Shown in pieces: positions 1-12,358 of a stretch of 64,000 nucleotides of DNA. Position 1 is the first letter of the stretch. Each line of letters begins with the position of its first letter. The notes under the pieces are model-generated. The model worked only from the letters and a program-made list of their open reading frames with translations, searched no databases and had not been told where the DNA came from. The stretch comes from Nemertoderma westbladi (Eukaryota > Animalia > Xenacoelomorpha). The stretch is from the NCBI GenBank assembly GCA_032718475.1, contig JAUCBJ010002619.1:24084-88083 (forward strand), read 5' to 3'. The translations under genes and the position numbers were made by a program.

Positions 1-2711
1 TGAGACTTCCTTATTACAATGATACCGATATCTGAGACTTCCTTACAAAGATACCGATATCTGGTACGTCCTTACATAGATATCGATATCTGAGACTTCC
101 TTACAAAGATTCCGATATCTGGTACTTCCTTACAAAGATACCGATATCTGGTACTTCCTTACAAAGATACCGATATCTGGTACTTCCTTACAAAGATACC
201 GCTATCTGAGGCTTCCCTACAAAGATACCGATATCTGAGACTTCCTTACAAAGATTCCGATATCTGAGACTTCCTTACAAAGATACCGATATCTGAGACT
301 TCCTTATTACAATGATACCGATATCGGAGACTTCCTTATTACAAAGATTCCGATATATGCGACTTTCTTACAAAGATATCGATATCAGAGGCTTCCTTAC
401 AAAGATACCGATATCTGAGACTTCCTTATTACAATGATACCGATATCGGAGACTTCCTTATTACAAAGATTCCGATATCTGCGACTTTCTTACAAAGATA
501 TCGATATCAGAGGCTTCCTTACAAAGATACCGATATCTGAGACTTCCTTATTACAAAGATACCGATATCTGGTACTTCCTTACAAAGATACCGATAACTG
601 AGACTTCCTTACAAAGATACCGATATCTGAGATTTCCTTATTACAAAGATACCGATATCTGCGACTTCCTTACAAAGATATCGATATATGAGACTTCCTT
701 ACAAAGATACCGATATCTGAGACTTCCTTACAAAGATATCGATATCTGGTACTTCCTTACAAAGATACCGATATCTGAGACTTCCTTACAAAGATACCGA
801 TATCTGAAACTTCCTTACAAAGATATAGATATCTGGTACTTCCTTACAAAGATACCGATATCTGAGACTTCCTTACAAAGATACCGATATCTGAGACTTC
901 CTTATTATAAAGATACCGATATCTGAGGCTTCCTTACAAAGATACCGATATCTGAGACTTCCTCACAAAGATACCGATATCTGAGGCTTCCTTACAAAGA
1001 TACCGATATCTGAGACTTCCTTCCAAAGATACCGATATCTGAGACTTCCTTACAAAGATATCGATATCTGAGACTTCCTTACAAATATTCCGATATCTGA
1101 GTCCTTACAAAGATACCGATATCTGGTACTTCCTTACCAAGATTCCGTTATCTGGTACTTCCTTACAAAGATACCGATATCTGAGACTTCCTTACAAAGA
1201 TTCCGATATCTGAGACTTCCTTACAAATATACCGATATCTGAGACTTCCTTATTACAATGATACCGATATATGAGACTTCCTTACAAAGATTCCGATATC
1301 TGGTACTTCCTTACAAAGATACCGATATCTGAAACTTCCTTACAAAGATACCTTTATATGAGACTTCCTCACTAAGATACCGATATCTGAGGCTTCCTTA
1401 CAAAGATACCGATATCTGGTACTTCCTTACAAAGATATCGATATCTGTGACTTCCTTATTACAAAGATACCGATATCTGAGGCTTCCTTACAAAGATACC
1501 GATATCTGGTACTTCCTTACAAAGATATCGATATCTGAGACTTCCTTATTACAAAGATACCGATATCTGAGACTTCCTTACAAAGATTCCGATATCTGAG
1601 ACTTCCTTACAAAGATACCGATATCTGAGACTTCCTTATTACAATAATACCGATATCTGAGACTTCCTTACAAAGATACCGATATCTGAGACTTCCTTAC
1701 AAAGATTCCGATATCTGGTACTTCCTTACAAAGATACCGATATCTGAGGCTTCCTTACAAAGATACCGATATCTGGTACTTCCTTACAAAGATACCGATA
1801 TCTGAGACTTCCTCACAAAGATACCGATATCTGAGGCTTCCTTACAAAGATACCGATATCTGAGAATTCCCTACAAAGATACCGATATCTGGTACTTCCT
1901 TACAAAGATTCCGATATCTGAGACTTCCTTCCAAAGATACCGATATCTGAGACTTTCTTATTACAAAGATACCGATATCTGAGACATCCTTATTACAAAG
2001 ATACCGATATCTGAGACTTCCTTACAAAGATACCGATATCTGGTACTTCCTTACAAAGATTCCGATATCTGGTACTTCCTTACAAAGATACCGATATCTG
2101 AGGCTTCTTTACAAAGATACCGATATCTGAGACTTCCTCACAAAGATACCGATATCTGAGGCTTCCTTACAAGATACCGATATCTGAGACTTCCTTACAA
2201 AGATATCGATATCTGAGACTTCCTTACAAAGATACCGATATCTGAGACTTCCTTATTACAATGATACCGATATCTGAGATTTCCTTACATTCCGATATCT
2301 GGTACTTCCTTACAAAGATACCGATATCTGAGACTTCCTTACAAAGATACCATATCTGAGACTTCCCTACAAAGATTCCGATATCTGATACTTTCTTACA
2401 AAGATACCGATATCTGGTACTTCCTTACAAAGATACCGATATCTGAGACTTCCTTACAAAGATACCGATATCTGGTACTTCCTTACAAAGAAACCGATAT
2501 ATGAGACTTCCTTACAAAGATTCCGATATCTGAGACTTTCTTACAAATATACCGATATCTGGTACTCCTTTACAAAGATACCGATATCTGATACTTCCTT
2601 ACAAAGATACCGATATCTGAGACTTCCTTCCAAAGATACCGATATCTGAGACTTCCTTACAAATGATACCGATATCTCATACTTCCTTACAAAGATACCG
2701 ATATCTAAGAC
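1..2711. repeat. 29-bp tandem satellite (TGAGACTTCCTTACAAAGATACCGATATC, some 32-bp variants), ~90 copies, runs off the window edge; intronic to the GT31 gene
   Basis: Directly visible periodicity with point variants (GGT/GAG, TTC/TAC/TAT, +TTA). Confidence 0.97.
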
Positions 2712-2737
2712 TAACTGTATCTACCAACTAAACTAAC

Positions 2738-3199
2738 CTTGAACTCGTTGTAAACTCCAATCTGTGATTCTTTATCCCGGTACCCCATGGAGAATAAAGT
2801 AATGACACCCGATCTGTTGAGAAACGATTTGCTTCCCCAGGTCTCCCTTATTATATTCCGTTTGTCAACGTCTGGTGGCGCTGATTTTACAATAACAACA
2901 GTCAATACGCGAGCAGGTCTATCAATAGACATGTGGAAACAAGCTAGTTTGTTTTCAATCAGATAAGATGGTTGAGATGAATTTAATTCGGGATTTAGCT
3001 GTAGGCGTTCATTAATAATATGGCTCTCTTCTATTTTTCGCGTGGTCTTGTAATCGTAGAGTTTATCTTCGTTCATAGATTTCTGAACAAGGACTTTTAC
3101 AACAACCGATCCCGGGAGAAGAACGCTTTGTATCATGATGCAGGTTAAACAGAAAATTACTCCAGTTGCGCACAACATACACAATCGTTGTAAACTCAT
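2738..3199 (-). CDS. First coding exon of a GT31 family beta-1,3-galactosyltransferase-like type II membrane protein; the rest of the gene is outside the window
   Basis: N-terminal hydrophobic anchor; VIVKSAP..KRNIIRETWG motif; phase-0 donor AAG|GTTAGT at 2738/2737. Confidence 0.85.
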
Positions 3200-3796
3200 T
3201 ATTGTAATGCGATAAATAATCACTAGAAGTTCTATAAAACCGGTAATACCGGTGAATTGACTCTAGTTTCTATTAAAATTATTCTCATCCATGATAAATA
3301 TTACAAATTTTCTTTTGTTTATAAATAAATTTTGCAAACCAATATAATGAAAAAATTGTTTTACCTTAAGCCACCTGACCTTAAGAAGAACACTTAAGAA
3401 ATACACCCTAAAAATCATTGAATAATTTATTTATATAAAACGACTTGTGGGTATCGGATTCAGATTCATTAATAAACCAATTTGAATGTTTCACAGAAGT
3501 TAAGTTATAAGTTAATCTAAGCGTAAGGAATAGGCAGCGGATGTGTTTCTTATACTAATGTATCAAGAGGATTTCTAAGTTACGGTCTATAGAATATTGA
3601 GGGGTGCCATGTTGGATGTATGATTGTTTGGTAGCATCACTAACTAACTACTACAGTATGGTAGTTCTGGGAAGAATTTCATGGTTCGTTTATTCCGCTA
3701 TAATAGTTACTTACTAAAATTTCCAACGTTTCAACTAAACAGTAGCCGTTATCAGGGATAATTAAACACAAAAGAAGTAAAGAATGCTGAATAATA

Positions 3797-4028
3797 AATT
3801 AAGTATGAAATAAAGTAAGTATGAAATAAAGTAAGTATGAAATAAAGTAAGTATGAAATAAAGTAAGTATGAAATAAAGTAAGTATGAAATAAAGTATGT
3901 ATGAATTAAAGTAAGTATGAAATAAATAAAGTAAGTACGAAATAAAGTAAGTATGAAATAAAGTAAGTATGAAATAAAGTAAGTATGAAATAAATAAAGT
4001 AAGTACGAAATAAAGTAAGCATGAAATA
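3797..4028. repeat. 16-bp minisatellite (GTAAGTATGAAATAAA), ~14 copies
   Basis: Visible periodicity. Confidence 0.9.
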
Positions 4029-4775
4029 ACTATGTAGTTAGCATTGAGTCTTTTCCACCACCTACCACTACAGTTAGTATGCCTATGCATTTGGCACGTG
4101 ACACTTTAAGCCGAAAAAAGCGGTCAAAACATTTTCTTATTTTTTTTAGTACTAATGAGAAAGGACAGAATTAAGAAAGGACAAATTAAAAAATAAAATG
4201 TGGTAAAATTTTCCAAATCCGTCTCCCAGACTACAAATCGGAGACAAGTCTACGCTAGACAAGACTACAATAATTGTAGTTTTGTACAACTTCCAAGGAA
4301 GACTACATTGTAACCTTAGCTTGCTTATTTCCCACAAGATGATACCTAGGTATGTCACATGGCCATAAAAGACAAAAGATGAATGACACGAGCATTATCA
4401 CGTTAATTTTATTATAATTTATCATAAATCATTAATTAAGATTTATTATGATTTACAGATAAAACAAACAATTACCTCTAACGGAACCTTTACATAAATT
4501 ATACGACATAATGAAATTTGCTTTCAGTACTAGATCTTTCAATATCCATTAACAATAAAAGTACATTACGTCTACATTTATATAAAATTGATTAACAATG
4601 AAATTAAATTAATAATTTCGATATTAGGGAGACTACTGTATTATTGACAAGTTACTCATTTCATTGTAACTTGTCACGAAGATATGTATATACTTGTCCA
4701 ACAATTTACAGTATCCCCGAAGTCAGAGTTACAAGACTACTAGATTTAGGGATAAATCACTCTATATTTGCCAAG

Positions 4776-4827
4776 GGGGTAACTCTGCTGGGACTCTCAC
4801 TGCACTGCAAATCTAGAGCCTGTAAAA
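4776..4827 (-). repeat. Split direct repeat B2 (52 bp)
   Basis: Identical to 5349-5400. Confidence 0.9.
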
Positions 4828-4885
4828 TACCCGTAAGTGCAACACAGTCAGAGTATCAGCAAAGCTAAAGGGTGGGTTGGGTGGG

Positions 4886-5258
4886 TAAAAATAAGTCTTG
4901 TACATTTAACAGAAATGTAAATAGCTAGCCAATATTGTCTTCTGAGCAGAATATTATAGTCAGTCTGAACTATTAATTACTCGCTGTTCTTACCAATATA
5001 TATCTAAGAACCAATCACAGCACAGTGTCAGTCAGCTTTCCTGCTGTGTCTATCTATCGTGGTTACTGGCTCATTACTTCTAATCAGTGCTAACCCAGCC
5101 TGCCTACAGCAGGCTACCTATAGAGAGGGTTAGGAGTTGCTCTGTCTTGTCGGGCTGTCTTGGTAGTTGCTATGGTTACACCCACCTCTGTATTCTGTTC
5201 CTTATAGTAAACCTTAGCCTTACCAGGTAAAGAGCTTTACTTATACCAAAGACACATT
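4886..5258 (-). repeat. Split direct repeat A2 (~373 bp)
   Basis: Near-identical to 12359-12738. Confidence 0.95.
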
Positions 5259-5348
5259 ACCTGGCCAGTCTATGGTTGTTATGACCCTGATCGACTATGA
5301 CATATCATCTGATATGATCATTCAAATGCATTATGTGATGAGTGTTTT

Positions 5349-5400
5349 GGGGTAACTCTGCTGGGACTCTCACTGCACTGCAAATCTAGAGCCTGTAAAA
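5349..5400 (-). repeat. Split direct repeat B1 (52 bp)
   Basis: Identical to 4776-4827. Confidence 0.9.
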
Positions 5401-5557
5401 AACCCCCAAACCCCAGAAATAAAAAATGTAAGAGAGGATTTCTAGAATGCAATATTTTTCTTATACAGGTAGTTAGGTTTATCTAATGAAATAATAGTTA
5501 GGTTTATCTAATGAAATAATACAATTTTTTCAATGTTTGTGTTTCGGAATGATAAGT

Positions 5558-5942
5558 TTATTTGTATATTCCCAATAGTGCAATTGTTTTTTGTGCTTCT
5601 ACTAGTTCTCGATCGTACGGTCTAATATATCGTTCGTAGCATGAGCTGCGCCACCTTCCTAGCTTCTGTATGATGGTAGTTGGTAGACCCGCTCTGGACG
5701 CTTCTGTGGCAAGTCCTGACCGGAAACTGTGACTCGAGTATCCTGGCCCTAAAATATCTCTAACCATGCAGTTCACTTTCTGTGCGCGCAATGGTATACC
5801 TTCGCAAAACATGAACAATTTCATGTTTGGTAACATCACGGAGTCCCGGTATCTAAGGTAAGTTTTGACACGTTTATGTGGACAAAATGCACCCCCTACC
5901 TCTGCGGCCTTTGTTGGATAGCACAGCCACAGCTTTCGACAT
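5558..5942 (-). pseudogene. Tyrosine recombinase of the YR retrotransposon; only the C-terminal ~120 aa remain (probable internal deletion)
   Basis: FCP..YL.YR, HSFRSGLAT, LGRWRSSCYERYIR motifs; first catalytic Arg box and N-terminal domain absent. Confidence 0.88.
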
Positions 5943-6287
5943 GGATAATGAATTACCAGTATGAGTTAGAAATTTTAAGGATGTGTTTATTTACATGCAT
6001 ATAATGTTTATATTAAACGCATAACAGCTGTGATATAGTACATAACACAAATTTAAAGTCCTATAGTCTGAATAATATAGACATTAAAACTAAACATAAC
6101 TAGATATGAAACACACAGAATACAGTTAGACCATGCATAATAACAATTCATCAACAGATTATTAATACCTACTCAGAGGTTTATTTATAATTGAGTGGGT
6201 ACGCAATGATAGAACATGACTTGTAGTAATATATTAGGTACTTTCTCTTGTGATTATCTACTCCAGTTAGTAGGGAAAGCTGGGTGC

Positions 6288-7451
6288 TTACCCCTGCTGT
6301 ATGTATTGCTTCCCAAGAGCTTTCTTTGGCTGAGTCTTGATTGTGGGTATATACGCCCTATCGCGGTTAGAGGATCCTGACTGATAGGCATTGTCATCTC
6401 TGCTGCGTTTACTATCAGGTGCGTTATATCCGTCGTTACGTGAGCTACTTGTCTCTTGAATGTCCGAATCGTCAAAACGACGACGACGGCTGCGACAATC
6501 GAAACGATAGTGGCCTTCACGACCGCAATGATGACATATTACACCCTTACGGAAGCTGTCTGACATGCTTGGACGTGGCTTGTTGAAACCCTTCACAGCT
6601 TCCCAGCGTACACAGCTACCTAGGTGCTGTTTGTCGCAATTCCTACACTGAGACATGTAGTCATTTCGAAGCGGGTTTCTAAGTGTAAGAGGGCGCCCCC
6701 ATTCTCCCTTTGCTGCCTGAACATAGAGTCGATGGTCTCTATCCATTCTTTGAATATACCCAAAGGTATAAATCGGAGCAATCTCTAGAATGTGACGGTA
6801 GTACGTCCATATTGAAGCTGAATCCTCAGGAAACAACTCGCTTTTATAGCTACAGAAGAGCGCTAGACAATTGAGGAGTGACCCTGTCGATTCAAGTTCG
6901 GCATTCTTGCCAGGTTTCCCATTGGTCTCATGGCGCTCCGCCAGTTCAGCTAAATTCACAAATTTATGTTGCACACGTAATTTGTCTATAATTGCTTCAT
7001 CTAAAGGTCGTGTGCATGACAGAATTGCAGGTAAAACCACCTTTGACTTAATCTCAATAAGGCCTGAATTTTCATGTGTCTGAATGTTGCCAGCTGTATG
7101 GCCTCCATTTGCGACTTTAACCATTAGTTCCACCAGTTTATTTAGAGCGGAGGTTTCGTTTAGCTGTTGCAGATTAGCTGCTGAGTGAATAGAATCGATA
7201 TCTCCACTCGTTGATGCCGCTTGAATTGGCAGGAACATTTTTAGTCCATCCTTTGACTGACCCATTTCATAATGCACTCCCGTGATTGTTAATGGTTGAT
7301 CTGTTGTTAATTTCGATAAAACGTCGGTGGTCAGTGAGATTTTCTCCCATACTTTCTGATTAGAAGTCTGATTTATAGCCAACTTCTGCCACTCACCGGA
7401 CTGTAGAGTTTGGCAGAGAGATCCCACCGGATATGAAACATCAGGATTCAT
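6288..7451 (-). CDS. Gag-like protein of the YR retrotransposon (387 aa)
   Basis: IIDKL..KFVNLAEL and WTYYRHI..A..Y......DRDHR blocks resembling Ngaro/DIRS gag; CHHCGREGHYRFDC zinc knuckle. Confidence 0.82.
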   Translation of the reverse strand: MNPDVSYPVGSLCQTLQSGEWQKLAINQTSNQKVWEKISLTTDVLSKLTTDQPLTITGVHYEMGQSKDGLKMFLPIQAASTSGDIDSIHSAANLQQLNETSALNKLVELMVKVANGGHTAGNIQTHENSGLIEIKSKVVLPAILSCTRPLDEAIIDKLRVQHKFVNLAELAERHETNGKPGKNAELESTGSLLNCLALFCSYKSELFPEDSASIWTYYRHILEIAPIYTFGYIQRMDRDHRLYVQAAKGEWGRPLTLRNPLRNDYMSQCRNCDKQHLGSCVRWEAVKGFNKPRPSMSDSFRKGVICHHCGREGHYRFDCRSRRRRFDDSDIQETSSSRNDGYNAPDSKRSRDDNAYQSGSSNRDRAYIPTIKTQPKKALGKQYIQQG

Positions 7452-7643
7452 AGTTCATGAATATATATCAATTATTATGTTATATATAATATAGCTGTAT
7501 ATGTAGCTTCTCACATATCGCTGTGTATACCAAATACCATAATAATGTAATATGAATATATGTGTAATAAAACTATTGTTAGACAGAGGTGAAACTAGTT
7601 AAACACAAGGTGATATAATCAAATCGGAAATTAAAGAGTGTAA

Positions 7644-8135
7644 TTACTTGGTGCAATCCTTAGGGGTTAGCAATTTTTTAATGTGTTTCCATTCCTGTAA
7701 AACTACAGTTGGTTCGTCCTCCATTTGCGGAAACAGTCGTTTAAACGAATCGATCTTTAATCTGCTTAGCAGATCGGGTCCTAAATTGTCATGGGATCTG
7801 ATGTGTTGGCAGAAAATCATAATGCCGTATCTAGTACAGACTTGCAATAAATATCTAATCAAATCCATGAGGTAGTTATTGCTTGATGCACCCTTGACCA
7901 TGGCATTCAGGACTGTTTCACTATCACTGTGTAGTAGCAGCCGTGACCCTGTAAAGGCACGTCCAAATACTGCAGTAGCTAACACAATGGCAGCCATTTC
8001 CTTAATGGCTATTGGATATCCACTCACTATGTCATCCGAAAGCTGTAATGCAAACCATTGTTTGCTATGAACCGCTCCTAGCCCATAGCCTGAAGCATCG
8101 GTAGCCATATTATGTTGGCTAGGTTTAATCATGAC
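7644..8135 (-). pseudogene. DIRS-type RNase H domain, separated from its RT by a LINE insertion
   Basis: ATDASGYGLGA, IAIKEMAAI, HSDSETV, HIRSHDN..PDLLSR motifs. Confidence 0.9.
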
Positions 8136-9466
8136 TACTAGGATCGGCATGCTGCATTGCAGCTGCATTTTTAAGAATGCTGTGCCGGCTTGTCAACAAA
8201 ATTGCACCGCCACAACTCCCTATCACCCATGACATTTGCTAGATCATCCGCATCTTTAAGGCCAGTGTCCTTTAAGATGCGTCTCAAGAAAGTCATGGGC
8301 TGTCCACCATGCTTATTCACTCCATGAGGCTGCCAAAGTACAAGATTATGCACTGGCTGGTCCTCACGGCGAAAGCAATGTCCTGCAAAGCGGAGGCGGT
8401 TTTGTTCTAGTGTCAAGCTTGGGGGAACCAATGAGACACCTCCAATGTTATATAGTGTCTGGTTGGAGATGTGTGCATTGTACTTGACACAATGAACCCG
8501 GCGTAGCATTCTTGTGAATGTGCCATCCAGAGATTTGGTGTCCTCAGCAGTTAGAGCCCAGCATGGACTCCCATAGAGGAGTACTGGAACTACTGCTGCT
8601 CTAAATAATCGGACCTTAAGTTTCCGATTAATTCTCGGTGACTTCCAAATCCTGGAAAGCCTATTCAAGGCTGCCCATGCCTTTCCCTTACGTATTCGAA
8701 GGTCCTCACCTGACTTCCGGATCCATGATCCCAGGTAACAGAAGTCGTCCACATGCTCAAGCATACCATCCTTTGAGCTTATGCTCATCCGATCAGAGAC
8801 TTGCTGAGGACTTTCAAAGTTAACGGTCAGAATTTTGGTCTTTCTGGAGTTAATAAAAAGACCAACACTAGAAGCAGCATGTTCTAATGAGCTGAGGAGC
8901 CGTTGGGCTCCCTCTAATGATTCTGAGAGTACTCCTAAGTCATCAGCAAAGTCTAGATCAGTTAGGTACTTGGCAGGATTTCCTCGACTTCTGGAGCCAG
9001 TAGGTGGAGTTATCATCACCCCATCATCATTATGATGATCTAAGGACATGCGTAGAACATAGTCAACCACAATAATGAACAAGAATGGTGCAAGTGTGTC
9101 TCCTTGGAGGACGCCCCATAACACTTCAAATGGTTCTGTGTCACCGTCAACAGTAGACACAAATGTTGTCGAACCATCGTATACTGATCTGATTGCTGCA
9201 ATAATTTCATCAGGAATCCCATATAATGAAAGTATGCTGAACATACGTGAGCGAGAGACTGAATCAAAGGCCTTGAAGAAGTCAACAAAGATAACAGCCA
9301 GATGCCTGTCTTTCTTTTTTGATAATTCTTCAATTATCCTTCTAAGTGCCAAAATGGGCTCCATGGTCCCACGACCTTTACGGAACCCATTCTGATTTCC
9401 ACGGAGCAGTCTCTCAATGGGATCCCTGATGCGATTTAATAGAATCCTATTGTATAGCTTTGCAGC
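8136..9466 (-). mobile_element. 5'-truncated RTE-clade LINE with (TAG)n tail, inserted in the YR element pol
   Basis: Near-identical to 54838-56172; TSD AATCATGAC at 8127-8135 and 9467-9475. Confidence 0.95.
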
Positions 9467-10742
9467 AATCATGACAGGGTTCTGTAAAGGTGCCCTATGT
9501 TGCTCTACACAGTCCAGAGCCAACTTCCAATAGTCAAGGTCTTCATGCAAGTTGTCTGGAATGCTAATCATCTTTTGCTGATGTGGAACACATGTTGCAT
9601 CTATCAACCTCCGCAGGAATGTCCTACTTGCACATACTGCTTTACATAAAAAAGAGAGCCGACCTATACCTTTCTTTCTTATCATCAGGTATAAAAAACT
9701 TCATGGTTGACGTGTCGATGCCTATACCAAATACAATTTGATGTTTAGCCGGACGGAATAATTTATGTTCATTTAAAGGTATGTTATATCTACTGAACAA
9801 GTCTATGACCATGTCTAAAATGTGGTCTGCAAGGGCAGGCACATCTACTGTAACTATGATAAAATCATCTAAAAGATGATCGACGTCTGCTACTGATGCA
9901 AGTGACAACTCTCTTTGTTCAGTTGCAAGTAATTTCATATGTTCAGCAGGGCAGGTCGTCTCAGAAAGACGCTCATAAATGACGTTTCTCACCAGGGTGC
10001 TATAGTTCTGGAATATCCGACTGGCAGATCTTAACCCGAAAACTAATCTAGTATAAACAAAATAAAAATCTCGCCACTGTATACCTAAGAGATGCCAGTC
10101 TAATTTGGAGACTGGGATAATCTTAAAGGCATCCTTAACATCCAACTTGGCAATCAGTGCGCCATCACCTGAACTAATTATGTTTCGAACAATCGTATCG
10201 ATTGTTGTATATGACACAGTGGAATCCTCATCCGAAATAAAGCTGTTGACAGTTCCTTTTCTATCATTGGAGAAGTCTACACACAGGCGGGTCTTTTTGC
10301 CTGGAATTTGACTGAGGGTCAGAGGATCAATGACATTTAGAAAAGTGTTGGTTGTAATGTTTGGTAGGGTCAGAAAAGGTCCTTCTAGGTATCCAGAGTT
10401 TACTTCCTTCGCAATAATGTCATCAACAATCTGTGAGTTGTCGGTGGCTGACTTGTTGTTCTTGCGGTGTATGTAAGTGTTTCGTGGCCCATTATACCCA
10501 ATACGCACACCTTGGCGTAACTGTTGCATTAATTCTGAAACCTCTTGCGATTGGGCATGGAAACGTAAATCATCCTCAAGTTTGTCTACATTGATGGGAG
10601 TAGATGGGTGTTTTTCTATGATGTAACTGCCTTTTCGTATTTTCAAGTGTTGAAATGCCTCTGACGCTATGTTTGCTAGATCGTTTTGATCTATGTAATA
10701 AATATGGTCAGCCACTGTTGAACTCGTGATATCCATTATCAT
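9467..10742 (-). pseudogene. DIRS-type reverse transcriptase, frameshifted near 9665
   Basis: KTRLCVDFS, AKLDVKDAFKIIPV, RLVFGLRSA..IF, LLDDF, FGIGIDT; then GRLSFLCKAV..SRTFLRRL in another frame. Confidence 0.92.
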
Positions 10743-11009
10743 ATAATCATTTTAAAAGTCCTATAGAACTAGACTTATAATATCTGATAGCTCTAACTGT
10801 TAGTCGCCTACTGGTAACTATCTCTATAGCTCAGTAGCTGTACTTATGTTGTATGCCAATATGCACTAATGCACTTGCACTACTGCACTAAATGACTACG
10901 CAATATATCAGTGCGCTTCAAGTATTATTTTCAGATAAATGACAGTAACTCAGCTTCAGTAATACTACAATAGGGCCCAAGTACTGTCCAATATTTTCAA
11001 GGCAACAGA

Positions 11010-11975
11010 CCCAAGTCCAATAAACTACAGTTGTTGGATGCTTGAAAGTGCAGAAGTGCAACAACTCAACTTGTGCAACAGGCTGAAGTCCGGTGAAATG
11101 GTTGGTAGACAATGCAAGAAGTCTACTTGTCTGACTCATGTCCAATAGTTGACAGTGCAATAACTGAATAACTCCTTGGTAAACAGACAAGTCAGCAAGT
11201 TTTGTCTATTACTTCAGTACTTGACAGTGCAATAATAATAATTGCATAGTTGTGCAACAGGCCCGAGTCCCCTGGAATAGTTGGCAGTGCAATAGCGTCA
11301 CTTTGCTCTTGGACAACAGATCCGAGTCCTGTCTAATAGTTGCATCACGATATAACTCCACTTGGGAAACAGGCCCGAGGTCTGTCAAACAATTGACAGT
11401 GCAACAACTCCACTCGCTCATCCAAATACTTAACAGCGCAATACTGCAATAACTCCACTGGCTAACTGGGGCAACAGACCCAAGTCATGTCAAATGCTTG
11501 ACAGTGCTCTAACTCCACTTGGACAACAACTCCAAGTCATGTCCAATACTTGACAGTGCTCTAACTCCACTTGGACAACAACTCCAAGTCCTGTCAAATA
11601 GTTGACAGTGCAATATATCTACTTGGTCAACAGACCCAAGTCCTGTCCAATACTTGACAGTGCTATAACTCCACTTGGAAATCAAATCCAAGTCCTGTCC
11701 AATACTTGACAGTGCTCTAACTCCACTTGGACAAGAAACCCAAGTCCTGTCAAATAGTAGACAGTGCAATAAATCCACTTGGTCAACAGACTCAAGTCCT
11801 GTCCAATACTGTGACAGTGCTCTAACTCCACTTGGACAACAAATCCAAGTCCTGTCAAATAGTAGACAGTGCAATAAATCCACTTGGTCAACAGACCCAA
11901 GTCTTGTCCAATAGTTGACAGTGTAATAAATCCACTTGATCTACAGATCCAAGTTGTGTGTAAATAGTTGACAGT
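11010..11975. repeat. ~52-bp tandem repeats in the 5' leader of the YR element
   Basis: Unit AACTCCACTTGGACAACAACTCCAAGTCCTGTCCAATACTTGACAGTGCTCT, degenerating leftwards. Confidence 0.85.
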
Positions 11976-12358
11976 CTGACAGTGAGCAGTGGCAGAGTAA
12001 TAAATGCGATCACAACGCAATGTTTACTTATCGTGTATTTACAATATATGGAATGTGTCAGTACAGCAGTATGTGTGTGTGTAAATACAATACGGAGTGG
12101 CCTACGCATACACAGGCTGTATGCAATGGGTATGCGCGTGGTATACTGTAAACGGTATTGTACTGTGACAGACCAAGAGTATACAGGTAAAGCTCATCAA
12201 GAAGGGAAAGAGCAAAATTGCTCATCAAGCACTGAAGCAGAAATTGTATCAGCGAAATCGAAAGGAATGCTGCAAGTCAGCAAATTCAAACAGAACTGCA
12301 GAGAAAATAAATAAAAAATCAATAAATATAGGTGTTCAATCTGCAATCTGTTAATCAA

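Noticed and set aside
5259-5348. Hammerhead ribozyme in the YR element spacer
   Set aside because: No CTGANGA plus GAAA core with compatible stems was found by eye on either strand
11509-12314. Short ORFs in the YR leader as the missing gag
   Set aside because: They are translations of the 52-bp repeat with no gag motifs; the gag-like ORF is at 6288-7451
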